A stretch of 64,000 nt of DNA from Phycisphaerae bacterium (GTDB lineage Bacteria; Planctomycetota; Phycisphaerae; UBA1845): NCBI GenBank assembly GCA_963666835.2, contig CAXXGO010000006.1, positions 1,504,001-1,568,000 of the forward strand, given 5' to 3'. Each line of letters begins with the position of its first letter. The first letter of the stretch is position 1. Shown here one piece after another: positions 9,874 to 18,955 of this stretch. A model generated the notes under the pieces. That model had not been told where the DNA came from. It did not search any database and worked only from the letters and a program-made list of their open reading frames with translations. Both the position numbers and the translations under genes were made by a program.

Positions 9874-10989
9874 TCAGAAAGTGAAGTAAGCGTGATAGTG
9901 GTCGCGGATGGCCAGGTCGACGTTGAAGATCGAGGCGATCAGCGCCGCGCGCATCCACATTCCGTTACGAACCTGATCCCAGTACTTCGCCTGGGGGGCG
10001 GAATCCAGCCGCTGGTCGATCTCATGCCGCCGCGGCAAAGGGTGCAGGATGGCCAGGTCCGGCTTGAACTCCTTGGCCAGCTCCGGTGTGAGGGCGAAGC
10101 TGTTGTAGTCGATCAACTTAGACTCGCCGTCGACGTCGTGCTCGTCCTGCAGGCGGGTCATATACACGGCGTCGAGATCCCCGATATGGCGCCGAAGATC
10201 GCCGGCTATTTCATACTCGACATTGTGCCGCTTCACGTATTCCAGAATATCTTCGCCGATCTGCAGCTCCGGCGGCGAGACGAAGAGCAGCCGCACTCCG
10301 GGATAGCGGCACAGCAAATAGGTCAACGACCTCACGGTCCGCCCCCGCTGAAGATCACCCACGAAGGCGATCGCCTTGCCCTCGAACAGATTCTGCATGT
10401 AGCGCTGCTCGATCGCTTTTTCGCCCTCGCCGGCGAAGCAGCGCGACAGAGTATAAATATCCAAAAGCGCCTGCGTCGGGTGCTGATCCCGCCCGGAGCC
10501 GCCGTTTATTACGGGAATGGTCCGGGGCATATCGTTCAGGATATGCGCCACATGCTCGGCGAACCCCTCGGCCGGGTGCCGCATGATGATCAGATCGAAA
10601 TACTGGCTCAAGACGCGGATCGTATCGTCTTCCGACTCGCCCTTGACTTCGGACGAAGTCGAACGATCACGCACCTCGTTGTACGGCATCCCGACAATCT
10701 GACAGGCCGCCGTGAAGGACAGGAAGGTACGCGTCGACGGTTGGATGAAGTACAACATCGCCCGCCGGTGGCTCAGCAGCGACAACAAATACTGCGTACC
10801 CTGCCGTGTTCCGCTGACCGTGCGGATCATATCCGCCAACTGACAAAGCCGCTCGATCGCCGTCCGGTCAAACTGCTGCGCCAGAACGACGTGAAAGGCC
10901 TTGTCGTTCCGGTTCAATTCTGCGAGGCGTTGCCCTCGATCAGCGTCCTGCGGCTTCGCGACACCCGTAGTCATCTTGCGCACCTTCAT
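9874..10989 (-). CDS. pyrB: Aspartate carbamoyltransferase catalytic subunit
   Basis: F.QPSTRT carbamoyl-phosphate motif, KGES, IMRH, QHPTQALLD, VGDL..GRTVRSL, YMTRLQ and HPLPR. Confidence 0.92.
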   Translation of the reverse strand: MKVRKMTTGVAKPQDADRGQRLAELNRNDKAFHVVLAQQFDRTAIERLCQLADMIRTVSGTRQGTQYLLSLLSHRRAMLYFIQPSTRTFLSFTAACQIVGMPYNEVRDRSTSSEVKGESEDDTIRVLSQYFDLIIMRHPAEGFAEHVAHILNDMPRTIPVINGGSGRDQHPTQALLDIYTLSRCFAGEGEKAIEQRYMQNLFEGKAIAFVGDLQRGRTVRSLTYLLCRYPGVRLLFVSPPELQIGEDILEYVKRHNVEYEIAGDLRRHIGDLDAVYMTRLQDEHDVDGESKLIDYNSFALTPELAKEFKPDLAILHPLPRRHEIDQRLDSAPQAKYWDQVRNGMWMRAALIASIFNVDLAIRDHYHAYFTF

Positions 10990-11041
10990 CCTGAGACGTA
11001 CCTCAATCTCCGGTCTCGTTCAGACCACCCTTCGAGACTGC

Positions 11042-11833
11042 TCAGTTTTGCTCAAGCAGTCCCTCAGTAGAATCGACCGGAGCGGGTGTGTCAAACTCCC
11101 CACCCAATCCCAGGGTGCGCTCATTCGGATCGGGGAGGATCACGGCTCGGTGGATACACGTGCCTTCGCTCATCGCCGCCTCGACGTGGGAATGATGGCG
11201 GCAGATCGTGCGGGGGGGCAAAACGGGGCCGACGTTGTGCTCCGAATCGGCCACGAACTCGTCCTCGGAGGAGGATTCATCGACTACAGTCTCCACTTCC
11301 CACGGGTAAACATCGTCCGAAAGCGGATCAACGCCGTCGGCGGACGGATCAAACCACACGTCCGCCGACTGCGCAGACGCCGGCAGCTCCGCCGGTTCGC
11401 CAGGGCCGACCCGCTGCGACGCCCAGAACAGCCCTACGGCAAAGAGGATCACCGCGGCCGCAGCCTTCGGCCAGAACAGCCGCACGGCCGCCCCCGGGCT
11501 CTCGACCACACGCGGCTCTTCCAAATCGGGAACTTCCACCCGACCCGTTAGCACCGCTCCGCTCTTCAGGGCGGCCAGCGCCTGCTCTTCAGCCCGACGC
11601 TGAAGGTCCTCCAGCGGCTCCAGCCCGGCCAGCCCCTCGATGGCCCCGGTAACCGCCTGGATCTGCTCAGCCAGGGCTCGGCAGGACTCACAATGTGCTA
11701 AATGAGACGCCAAACCCAGCGGCAACGGTTCATCGCCGGATGTCAGCTCGTCGTCGGACAACGTCAACATAACCCAAAGCCGCTTCGGGCAGATGCTGCT
11801 ATCAGCGGGCGTATTCAGTTCTGTATTACTCAT
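11042..11833 (-). CDS. Putative zinc-binding (ZAS/zf-HC2) membrane anti-sigma factor
   Basis: HLAHCESC (HxxxCxxC) motif, one TM helix (AAAAVILFAVGLFW); start overlaps the stop of the upstream ECF sigma gene (ATGA). Confidence 0.75.
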   Translation of the reverse strand: MSNTELNTPADSSICPKRLWVMLTLSDDELTSGDEPLPLGLASHLAHCESCRALAEQIQAVTGAIEGLAGLEPLEDLQRRAEEQALAALKSGAVLTGRVEVPDLEEPRVVESPGAAVRLFWPKAAAAVILFAVGLFWASQRVGPGEPAELPASAQSADVWFDPSADGVDPLSDDVYPWEVETVVDESSSEDEFVADSEHNVGPVLPPRTICRHHSHVEAAMSEGTCIHRAVILPDPNERTLGLGGEFDTPAPVDSTEGLLEQN

Positions 11834-12483
11834 GACTCGCTTCCCTCACCGAGGAGTTCTGCCAGTTTGACGACCGCATGGCGCCGATACACCCGGGCCG
11901 TGGCCGGGGCAATGCCGAGGGTTATGCCGACCTCCTCGTATGTCATCTTGCTCAAGTCACGCAGGATGACCACATTTCGAAGGTGGTTCGGCAGCTCCGA
12001 CAGCGCGGCACGAAGGTCAACCTGGTTCTCGGACTCCTCAGTCTGTGGGACGTTCCTCGCATCCTCTCGGTCCTGATCGGCCACAATCGCCGGCCAGTGT
12101 GCTCGACGCCGGTTCCGCTTGCGGATCATCTCGACCGCGATGTTCGCGGCCGTGCGAAACGCGTAGGCCTTCTCACATTTCACATCCCCGCGGTTCGCTC
12201 GAGTAGCAAGCTTGCAGAAGCAGTCCTGATATGCGTCCTGCACGTCCGGTTCGCTCCCGAGCAATCGCCACAGCATCCGGGTTATTGCGGGGCCTTCGAC
12301 CTTCATGAGCCGGACCACCCACGTGTGATCTACCCCTTTCGGCACCGCCTCGGCGCGCGGAGCAACCGCCTCATTCACTACCCCCGGAATAGCGCTGGCC
12401 ACACTGCTCACCGACGGATTAGATGCGCGAGGTGATTCCGTGTTAGCGCGGCCTGGCTGATTCGGTTCCGATCTTCGGGGCAT
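11830..12483 (-). CDS. ECF RNA polymerase sigma factor
   Basis: Region 2 DVQDAYQDCF...AFRTAANIAVE; region 4 ALSELP..LRNVVILR...MTYEEVGITLGI...TAR; start uncertain. Confidence 0.88.
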   Translation of the reverse strand: MPRRSEPNQPGRANTESPRASNPSVSSVASAIPGVVNEAVAPRAEAVPKGVDHTWVVRLMKVEGPAITRMLWRLLGSEPDVQDAYQDCFCKLATRANRGDVKCEKAYAFRTAANIAVEMIRKRNRRRAHWPAIVADQDREDARNVPQTEESENQVDLRAALSELPNHLRNVVILRDLSKMTYEEVGITLGIAPATARVYRRHAVVKLAELLGEGSES

Positions 12484-12639
12484 GAAACAAGGGCTCCGCA
12501 AGAGCAGCTATCCAGCGACGCGGCCTACCCGACAACAAATGGTAGGCACACTGATGTGAATCGTCACGGGGTCTCCGTGATTTAGGGCGGCGTATGTCGC
12601 GGCGGGGCGGGATCGTTGCGGTAAGGCGGGTCCGTTACG

Positions 12640-13010
12640 CTGGCGGGTCCGGTAACGTCCGAGCCCGTAACGCAGGCATCCTGCCTGCCAAGTGCTACGC
12701 AACAGGTCCGCTGTGCGGACCATCGCCCTCACCGATCTACGGACTGCGTTCCGTCGGAGTACGCCAACGGCATTTCGTCCTCCAGCCCAGGGTCTCCGCG
12801 CAGCGGCTACCCTGGGTCCACGGTCAAGAGAGGAACTTACCCAGACGGGGTTACGCTGTGGTGGCGAGACCCACGAAGTAGGTAGCGCCCGCTGTGCGGA
12901 CCATCGTCCTCTGAACGTCCGGCCGCGAATGCGGTCCGCTCAACCGGCAGGGCAACGACCTGCCTTCACGGTGAGGCGTCGACCCCAGGCAGGTCGTTGA
13001 CCTGGTCTAC
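12640..13010. repeat. Cluster of short palindromic repeats (ggtccgctgtgcggacc, cccagggt...accctggg, gcaggcatcctgcctgc)
   Basis: Several local inverted repeats; ccgctgtgcggaccatcg occurs twice and ggtccgctgtgcgg recurs in the 38.6-kb array. Confidence 0.55.
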
Positions 13011-13016
13011 GAGGCT

Positions 13017-13937
13017 TCAACGGTTCCCGCTCTTCTTCGCCGTCATTCCGTCGAAGACCAAGCCGACCCACGTATCGGCATCGAGCCAGCTTTGACCCCA
13101 GCGGTCATCGAACTCCTTCGTGGGCTTCTCCGCGATGATCTCGGCGCGTGACTTGCCCTGGTCGATCAACGCTCGGACGCGGTCCCGCACCGTCGCCAAC
13201 ATGTCACGATAGGTCTTAAGTTCCACGCTGTTCAACAGCCGGCCATGGCCGGGGATCACCGTGGTTTTGTCATCTGTCAGCGTCAAGGCGCGATCCAGCG
13301 CGGCCACCATCCCATCCAACGAGCCCGCCGCGTTGACGTCCATGAACGGGTACATGCCGTTAAAGCAAGTATCGCCCACGTGCAGGACGTTAGCCGTGCG
13401 AAAGAAGACGAGACAGTCACCGTCGCTATGGGCCGGCTCGATCGGAAAGACGTCCACCTTTTCGCCATTCCAATGGAAGGTCAATGGGCTATCGAACGTA
13501 ATCACCGGCAACGCGGCGGCCGGGGAAGGCTCCATCTCACGGTCGATCACGGCAATGAAGCGCTTCTCGGTCATCAGCTTCCGGGTGCTTTTGTGGGCCA
13601 CAATGACCGCCCCGGTTTTGGCCAGGTGCTCGTTGCCCCCGACGTGGTCGAAGTGCCAATGCGTATTGATGACCATGCGGACCGGATTCTTGCTGACCTC
13701 GCCGACTGCCTCCGTGATCTTCTCGGCAAGCTGCTCGAACCCGGTATCGACCATTAGCGCTCCATCTTCGCCGACCAGCAAGGCGATGTTCCCCCCGCCG
13801 CCTGCCAGCACGTAAAGGTTCTCGGCCAGCGGCACGGTGTGAATCCGAACCTTCGACCAGTCCTGCGCTTGTAGTGGTGACGTTAACGAGACACTAAGAA
13901 GTAGAACCAAGCCCGCATGCCAACGTGTTGTCTTCAT
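13017..13937 (-). CDS. Secreted MBL-fold metallo-hydrolase
   Basis: NTHWHFDHVGGN (HxHxDH), AHSDGD, HVGD and IPGHG; signal peptide after MKTTRW. Confidence 0.9.
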   Translation of the reverse strand: MKTTRWHAGLVLLLSVSLTSPLQAQDWSKVRIHTVPLAENLYVLAGGGGNIALLVGEDGALMVDTGFEQLAEKITEAVGEVSKNPVRMVINTHWHFDHVGGNEHLAKTGAVIVAHKSTRKLMTEKRFIAVIDREMEPSPAAALPVITFDSPLTFHWNGEKVDVFPIEPAHSDGDCLVFFRTANVLHVGDTCFNGMYPFMDVNAAGSLDGMVAALDRALTLTDDKTTVIPGHGRLLNSVELKTYRDMLATVRDRVRALIDQGKSRAEIIAEKPTKEFDDRWGQSWLDADTWVGLVFDGMTAKKSGNR

Positions 13938-14081
13938 CGAATCACCCTTCCGCTCAACAAGCCGTGCGCCCCACCACTCCCACGCGGGGGATGTCACCGC
14001 AAGCGTGGTATTCTAGACTTCTTTCCAACGTCGCGCAAGCGACTTGACAACACCGTACAAAACGGCCGGGAACAACCGCGA

Positions 14082-14245
14082 TAATCGGGGGACACTCGCG
14101 CGGGTGGCCCATCCAATCGGTAATCGGGGGACACCATACATGAATGGTAATCGGGGGACACCATACGTATTTCTGTTGGCGTGCCGACGGGTAGGGCGCA
14201 GGCATGCTACGAATAGCGCGGGTTGTTGCCCTTGGTCTTCTGGAT
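14082..14245 (+). pseudogene. Remnant end of an HUH/Y1 transposase element: three TAATCGGGGGACAC repeats followed by a truncated 5' end of the transposase
   Basis: Repeats at 14082, 14121 and 14148; ATG 14204 reads MLRIARVVALGL versus MPRIARVVAPGL in the intact gene at 17001, after which similarity stops. Confidence 0.75.
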
Positions 14246-14399
14246 CGCGATTACCGGACGATAGTTCTTCAATGGATAATCTGCTACAATGACAGCATAT
14301 GGCAGATGCGCTTTGAATCGATGTTGACGACCTGGACGGTTCGCTCCGCCGGAGCGGCCACCGAAGCGTGTTGCCCCGTCGTATCTGGAGGACTATCAC

Positions 14400-16169
14400 A
14401 TGCCCCCGACAACGCCGTACGCTTCGCGCACGTTCGCCATCGCTGTCATGACGATTGCTCTGTCAACGTGCCTGGCTCAATCGTCGCCTGCCTCGACGCC
14501 CACTTCGGGTTCGGACCGCACGTCCTGCTATGGCGACCTTGACGATAATGGACTGGTCGACCTGGACGATTTCGCGTCGCTGCTCAACTGCGTCGCAGCG
14601 GGGCAGCCCTTGCCCTCTGCCTGTACGCAGGCTGATACCGACAGCGACGGTGACGTGGACCTGCTAGACTTCGCACGGCTCCAAACAGCCTTCACCGGTT
14701 GCCGTTCGTGCGGCGCTTGCAGGGATTCCGTCAGCGTGACCCCAGGGGCAACCGAGTTGGACTACTGGCGCATAGTCACGCCGAACGCAGTGGCACGCGG
14801 GGCTGTGTGCAACGACGGATGCCCGTACGTGTACTACGTTCGACCAGGTCGCAACGGCAACGAAAACAAATGGGTGTTCTTCCTGAAAGGCGGTGGCGGC
14901 TGCGCCTCGCCGGAAAGCTGCGCCGTGCGCTGGCGCGCCCAGTCCCATTGGATGAGACCACGGACCCAAAACTGGCGGCCGCCGACAGAAGGCATCCTCA
15001 ACCCTGATACCACGCGCAATCCCGATTGGGGTGACTGGACGTTGGTCTACTTGCACTACTGCTCCTCAGACTTGTTCACCGGCGACCGGCCCGCCAGTTG
15101 CGAGACGGACGGCTGGCACTTCCGCGGGCACCGCATCATCCAAGCCGTTTTGGAGGACCTGCACAGCCCGCCGAACGGGCTCCCCAACCTCGGCGACGCT
15201 ACGGAGGCGATGTTTACCGGCGGGTCGGCCGGCGCCTATGGAGTGATCCACAACCTCGACTGGGTTGCCGCCCAGTTGGCACCCACTCCCGTCAAGGGTG
15301 TGGCGGATTCCGCTACGGCCGCCACCGTCGTCCCTGAACTCATCGAGCCCATGCGGCTCACGTCCCTGACGCAGAGCATCTTCTGGAACGCTCAGCTCGA
15401 CGAATCCTGCCTGGCCAGTGAGGCCGACCCCTTGGATTGCCTGGATACACAGAACGTCGTCCCGAATCACCTGTCGACACCCTGTTACGTCTATCAGGAT
15501 CAGTTCGATGCGAATGCGTTCACCATGCAGCAAATCCACGGCCTCTGCCTCGAAGAAGCGTGCAGCGATGCGGAGCCGTGCGCAGGGGACGATGAGTGCT
15601 TCCAGAACATCTGCATGGGCCCGACCTGCGATGTCGACACACCGTGCCCCGTTGGCTACTGCAACGAGGCCGGCCTGTGCTTCGGGCGTGAATGTGTGGA
15701 AGACGGACAGTGCGCGTCCGAAAGCGTGTGCGACCAAGGCTTCTGCGCAGATCCCTTACCCTTGTGCGAGTCGGACGTAGACTGCCTGTCGGACGAGTTC
15801 TGTTTGAACTCGGTCTGCGCACGCAGCGTTGACTGCCTCACCGATGGCGGTTGCCGCCAGAGTGAGACGTGTATTGCCGATATGGCCGTCTGTGTGCGAC
15901 GTCCCGGCTGCGACACGTCCGCCGCGTGCGACACTGGGGAATTCTGCCTGAACCAGATGTTCACGCCCTACGGCCAGGCATTTGCTGCAGACGTGCGCGC
16001 GTTCATGCAGTCGCTCCCGCACGGCTACTGCACGCGTTGGGGATCCCACGTGTTGTTGCCTAAACCCCGCTTCTTTGACGGTCACGTTCAGGGCATCAAC
16101 TACGCGAATCTCCTCGCCAACTGGTACTTCGAGCGCCCAGGCCGAACGCACGTAATCGATCTGCCATAG
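14400..16169 (+). CDS. Secreted pectin acetylesterase/Notum-family alpha/beta hydrolase with N-terminal dockerin-like pair and internal Cys-rich insertion
   Basis: CNDG, WVFFLKGGGGC, HYCSSDLFTG and GGSAG nucleophile elbow; GDLDDNGLVDLDDF and ADTDSDGDVDLLDF Ca-binding repeats. Confidence 0.8.
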   Translation: MPPTTPYASRTFAIAVMTIALSTCLAQSSPASTPTSGSDRTSCYGDLDDNGLVDLDDFASLLNCVAAGQPLPSACTQADTDSDGDVDLLDFARLQTAFTGCRSCGACRDSVSVTPGATELDYWRIVTPNAVARGAVCNDGCPYVYYVRPGRNGNENKWVFFLKGGGGCASPESCAVRWRAQSHWMRPRTQNWRPPTEGILNPDTTRNPDWGDWTLVYLHYCSSDLFTGDRPASCETDGWHFRGHRIIQAVLEDLHSPPNGLPNLGDATEAMFTGGSAGAYGVIHNLDWVAAQLAPTPVKGVADSATAATVVPELIEPMRLTSLTQSIFWNAQLDESCLASEADPLDCLDTQNVVPNHLSTPCYVYQDQFDANAFTMQQIHGLCLEEACSDAEPCAGDDECFQNICMGPTCDVDTPCPVGYCNEAGLCFGRECVEDGQCASESVCDQGFCADPLPLCESDVDCLSDEFCLNSVCARSVDCLTDGGCRQSETCIADMAVCVRRPGCDTSAACDTGEFCLNQMFTPYGQAFAADVRAFMQSLPHGYCTRWGSHVLLPKPRFFDGHVQGINYANLLANWYFERPGRTHVIDLP

Positions 16170-16244
16170 AGAGCGTAGTAATCCCGGCGCGGCGTAATCC
16201 GGCGTAATCGCCCTAATCGGGCGCCCTCCCTAATCGACTAATCG

Positions 16245-17149
16245 TAATCGGGGGACACCATTAATCGGGGGACACCATACCTTAATCGGGGGACACCATA
16301 TTAATCGGGGGACACCATACCTATTGCGACGTTTCAACGGGTGGCCTCTTTGGTTTGCGGCCGGGTTTGCGGGGGCGGAGGGGGCGGCCCAGGCGTTTCT
16401 CGAGCTTTGCCAGGAACGAGTCGTTTCCGAGCGGGCGGCCGGTGCGCTCGTGCATCTGAAGCCGCTCGATTGTCTGGCCGTCTTGCGATTGCGACAGAAA
16501 CCGACGCCACGGACCGACTAGTGACAGAAGCGGCTCCACCCGAACGAGGCGATCGTCGCGCTTCTTCAAGTGGGCGCTCGCACTGCTCCAGCGGTAGGTC
16601 TGCGGCGTCGCCACCAGGCCGGCCTTGACCGGGTTCATCTCGACATACCGAGCCGCGGCCAGTAGATGCTGCTCGTCCAGAACGCACGACGAGAACCGCC
16701 CCTGCCAAAGATGGCCCCGCCATCGCTTGCGGAAGTTCACCCGGCGCGTGTATCGGCGATGTGCTTCGCCCAGCCCGCGCCGCAGCCCGTCTTCCGACTC
16801 CGGCACCACAATCAGATGAACATGGTTCGGCATCAGGCAGTAGGCCCAAACCTCCACCCCGCACGCCCGACACCACTCGGCCATCAGCTCGATGTAGGCC
16901 TCGTAGTCGCCATCCCCGAAGAACGTCCGCTGCCTGCGGTTCCCCCGCTGAGTCACATGATGCGGAAGACCAGGAGCAACAACCCGCGCGATTCGAGGCA
17001 TGGCACGACCCTACACGCCGCCCGCCGGCACGTCAACAGTAATAGGTATGGTGTCCCCCGATTGCCCCCCCGATTGCCCGGCACGTCAACAGTAATAGGT
17101 ATGGTGTCCCCCGATTGCCCGCCCCGATTGCCCGCGGTGTCCCCCGATT
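16245..17149 (-). mobile_element. TIR-flanked HUH tyrosine transposase element (RAYT/TIRYT-like)
   Basis: Four TAATCGGGGGACACCA copies on the left (16245-16317) and three GGTGTCCCCCGATT copies on the right (17050-17149); perfect 23-bp IR at 16303-16325 / 17041-17063. Confidence 0.85.
16321..17001 (-). CDS. REP-associated-type tyrosine (Y1/HUH) transposase
   Basis: MPRIAR...HHVTQRGNRR, AYCLMPNHVHL (HUH), GHLWQGRF, RYVEMNP (catalytic Tyr), YRWSSA. Confidence 0.93.
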   Translation of the reverse strand: MPRIARVVAPGLPHHVTQRGNRRQRTFFGDGDYEAYIELMAEWCRACGVEVWAYCLMPNHVHLIVVPESEDGLRRGLGEAHRRYTRRVNFRKRWRGHLWQGRFSSCVLDEQHLLAAARYVEMNPVKAGLVATPQTYRWSSASAHLKKRDDRLVRVEPLLSLVGPWRRFLSQSQDGQTIERLQMHERTGRPLGNDSFLAKLEKRLGRPLRPRKPGRKPKRPPVETSQ

Positions 17150-17166
17150 GCCCGATTACCTTCAAT

Positions 17167-17235
17167 AGCTTACACATAAATTCGGGTGTGGCAGTAGGTT
17201 ACGTTCTCGGCGTCCATCACGCTCATAACCCGGAG
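17167..17235 (+). repeat. 69-bp direct repeat, left copy (flanks the selenium cassette)
   Basis: 67/69 identical to 21760-21828; ends in GCTCATAACCCGGAG. Confidence 0.9.
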
Positions 17236-17601
17236 CAGCCAGCGCCTTGGCGGTCGACGACGCTTGCATGTCTGGCCTGGACGCGTCGAGGACATGCTAC
17301 TAGAATGGGAGTGTTATGGAGGCGCGACGTTTGATGGCAAGACGACGAACATGACTCGATCTGACAGCCGCCCTGGTTCAGGGCGGACAAGGCTCTGGCA
17401 CTACTGTCGCTCCGTGCGTGCGCCGCGCGCACTGATCAGTCCGCGCCCGTTCACTTCGCTGGATGCTCTCGCCACAGATCGCAGAATCCGGCACACCTCT
17501 GCGCGTAATCGCCACGTTTCTGATCGCACGGACCTAGGTTCCGCAAGGCCTCGGCTGCAACAAAGCAACGGCGCGCCTGCGCCAAAAAGGAGTCTCCTGA
17601 C

Positions 17602-18720
17602 ATGAGCAAACGGAAGGACTATTTCGCGACGCTCGCCGGCATTATTGTTGTCGGCCTGGTGATTGGCGGCCTGGCGGCGATGCTACAAAGGATCGGTAAT
17701 CCTGCAAACATGGGCGTCTGTGTGGCGTGTTTCACGCGCGACATTGCCGGCGCGTTGGGTCTGCATCGCGCCGGGATCGTTCAATATCTGCGCCCGGAGA
17801 TCCCGGCCTTTTGCCTGGGCTCGTTTCTCGCCGCGATGGTCTTTCGTGAGTTCCGACCGCGCAACGGCTCGGCTCCGGTCATCCGGTTCTTCCTGGGCAT
17901 GTTCGCGATGATCGGCGCACTGATCTTTCTCGGCTGCCCCTGGCGGGCGATGTTGCGTTTGGCCGGTGGCGACTGGAACGCCATCCTCGGCATCGTAGGT
18001 CTGATCGTGGGGATTTCCATCGGCGTGGGCTTTCTGCGTGGTGGCTTTAACCTCGGGCGATCCTATCGGAGCCGCACGGTCGCCGGTCTGGCCATGCCCG
18101 CCGTGATGCTTGTGCTGCTGGTTCTGGCCTTTCTATATCCTCAGTTCGGTGAGGAAGGAAAGGCCGCGCTCTTCCGAAGCGCTAAAGGGCCCGGTGCGGC
18201 CAGCGCCGCTGTCGTCGTGTCAACCATCGCTGGTCTGGTCATCGGTTTTCTTGCCCAACGCACGCGATTCTGTACCGTCGGTGGCATTCGTGATGTCATC
18301 CTAATGCGCGACTTCCATTTGCTCAGCGGTGTGGCCGCCTTTCTAGTCGCTGCCTTTGTTATGAACCTAGTCTTCGGCCAGTTCCATGCAGGTTTCACGC
18401 GCGGCGTGAAGGACGCCGGGGAGATCCTGCAACAACCGGCTGCACACACGACGCATTGGCTCAATCTCGCCGGCATGCTGCTTGCCGGCCTCTCTTTTAC
18501 ACTCGCTGGCGGTTGCCCCGGACGGCAGATATTTCTTGCCGGGGAAGGCGATGGCGATGCTGCGGTGTTCGTGCTCGGCATGCTTACCGGTGCCGCGGTG
18601 GCGCACAACTTCATGATGGTCGCCGCGCAGCCGACCGCACCTTACATAGTCGTGATCGGTCTTGCCCTTGTGATGATCATTGGCTTCATGGGCCGCGAAC
18701 GATTGGCCCCCGCGAGGTGA
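17602..18720 (+). CDS. yedE: YedE/YeeE-family selenium-metabolism membrane protein
   Basis: GNPANMGVCVACFTRDIAGALGLH, YLRPEI, FLGCP, QRTRFCTVGG and GGCPGRQ motifs; many TM helices; AGGAG RBS. Confidence 0.88.
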   Translation: MSKRKDYFATLAGIIVVGLVIGGLAAMLQRIGNPANMGVCVACFTRDIAGALGLHRAGIVQYLRPEIPAFCLGSFLAAMVFREFRPRNGSAPVIRFFLGMFAMIGALIFLGCPWRAMLRLAGGDWNAILGIVGLIVGISIGVGFLRGGFNLGRSYRSRTVAGLAMPAVMLVLLVLAFLYPQFGEEGKAALFRSAKGPGAASAAVVVSTIAGLVIGFLAQRTRFCTVGGIRDVILMRDFHLLSGVAAFLVAAFVMNLVFGQFHAGFTRGVKDAGEILQQPAAHTTHWLNLAGMLLAGLSFTLAGGCPGRQIFLAGEGDGDAAVFVLGMLTGAAVAHNFMMVAAQPTAPYIVVIGLALVMIIGFMGRERLAPAR

Positions 18721-18724
18721 TATT

Positions 18725-18937
18725 ATGCCTGAGAAAGTCGACGCCCGCGGACTTTCCTGTCCGCAACCTGTCATAATGACCCGCACCGCGCTCGAGAAGG
18801 TGGGCAGAGGTGAAGTCTCTGTCGTAGTGGACACGATGACACAGGTCCACAACTGCACGCGCGCTGCCGAGAAACTCGGCTGGCAGGCGAGCTACGAGGA
18901 ACAAGAGGACGTCTTCATACTAACGTTCAAGAGGTAA
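18725..18937 (+). CDS. SirA/TusA/YedF-family sulfur/selenium carrier protein
   Basis: VDARGLSCPQPV (CPxP) motif, 70 aa, GAGG RBS. Confidence 0.88.
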   Translation: MPEKVDARGLSCPQPVIMTRTALEKVGRGEVSVVVDTMTQVHNCTRAAEKLGWQASYEEQEDVFILTFKR

Positions 18938-18955
18938 CTGCTGGGCGCGCCTGCT

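Noticed and set aside
16245..16325. Possible mini-CRISPR or iteron array
   Set aside because: The 16-bp units are nearly abutting and are mirrored in inverted form on the other side of the HUH transposase, so they are terminal repeats
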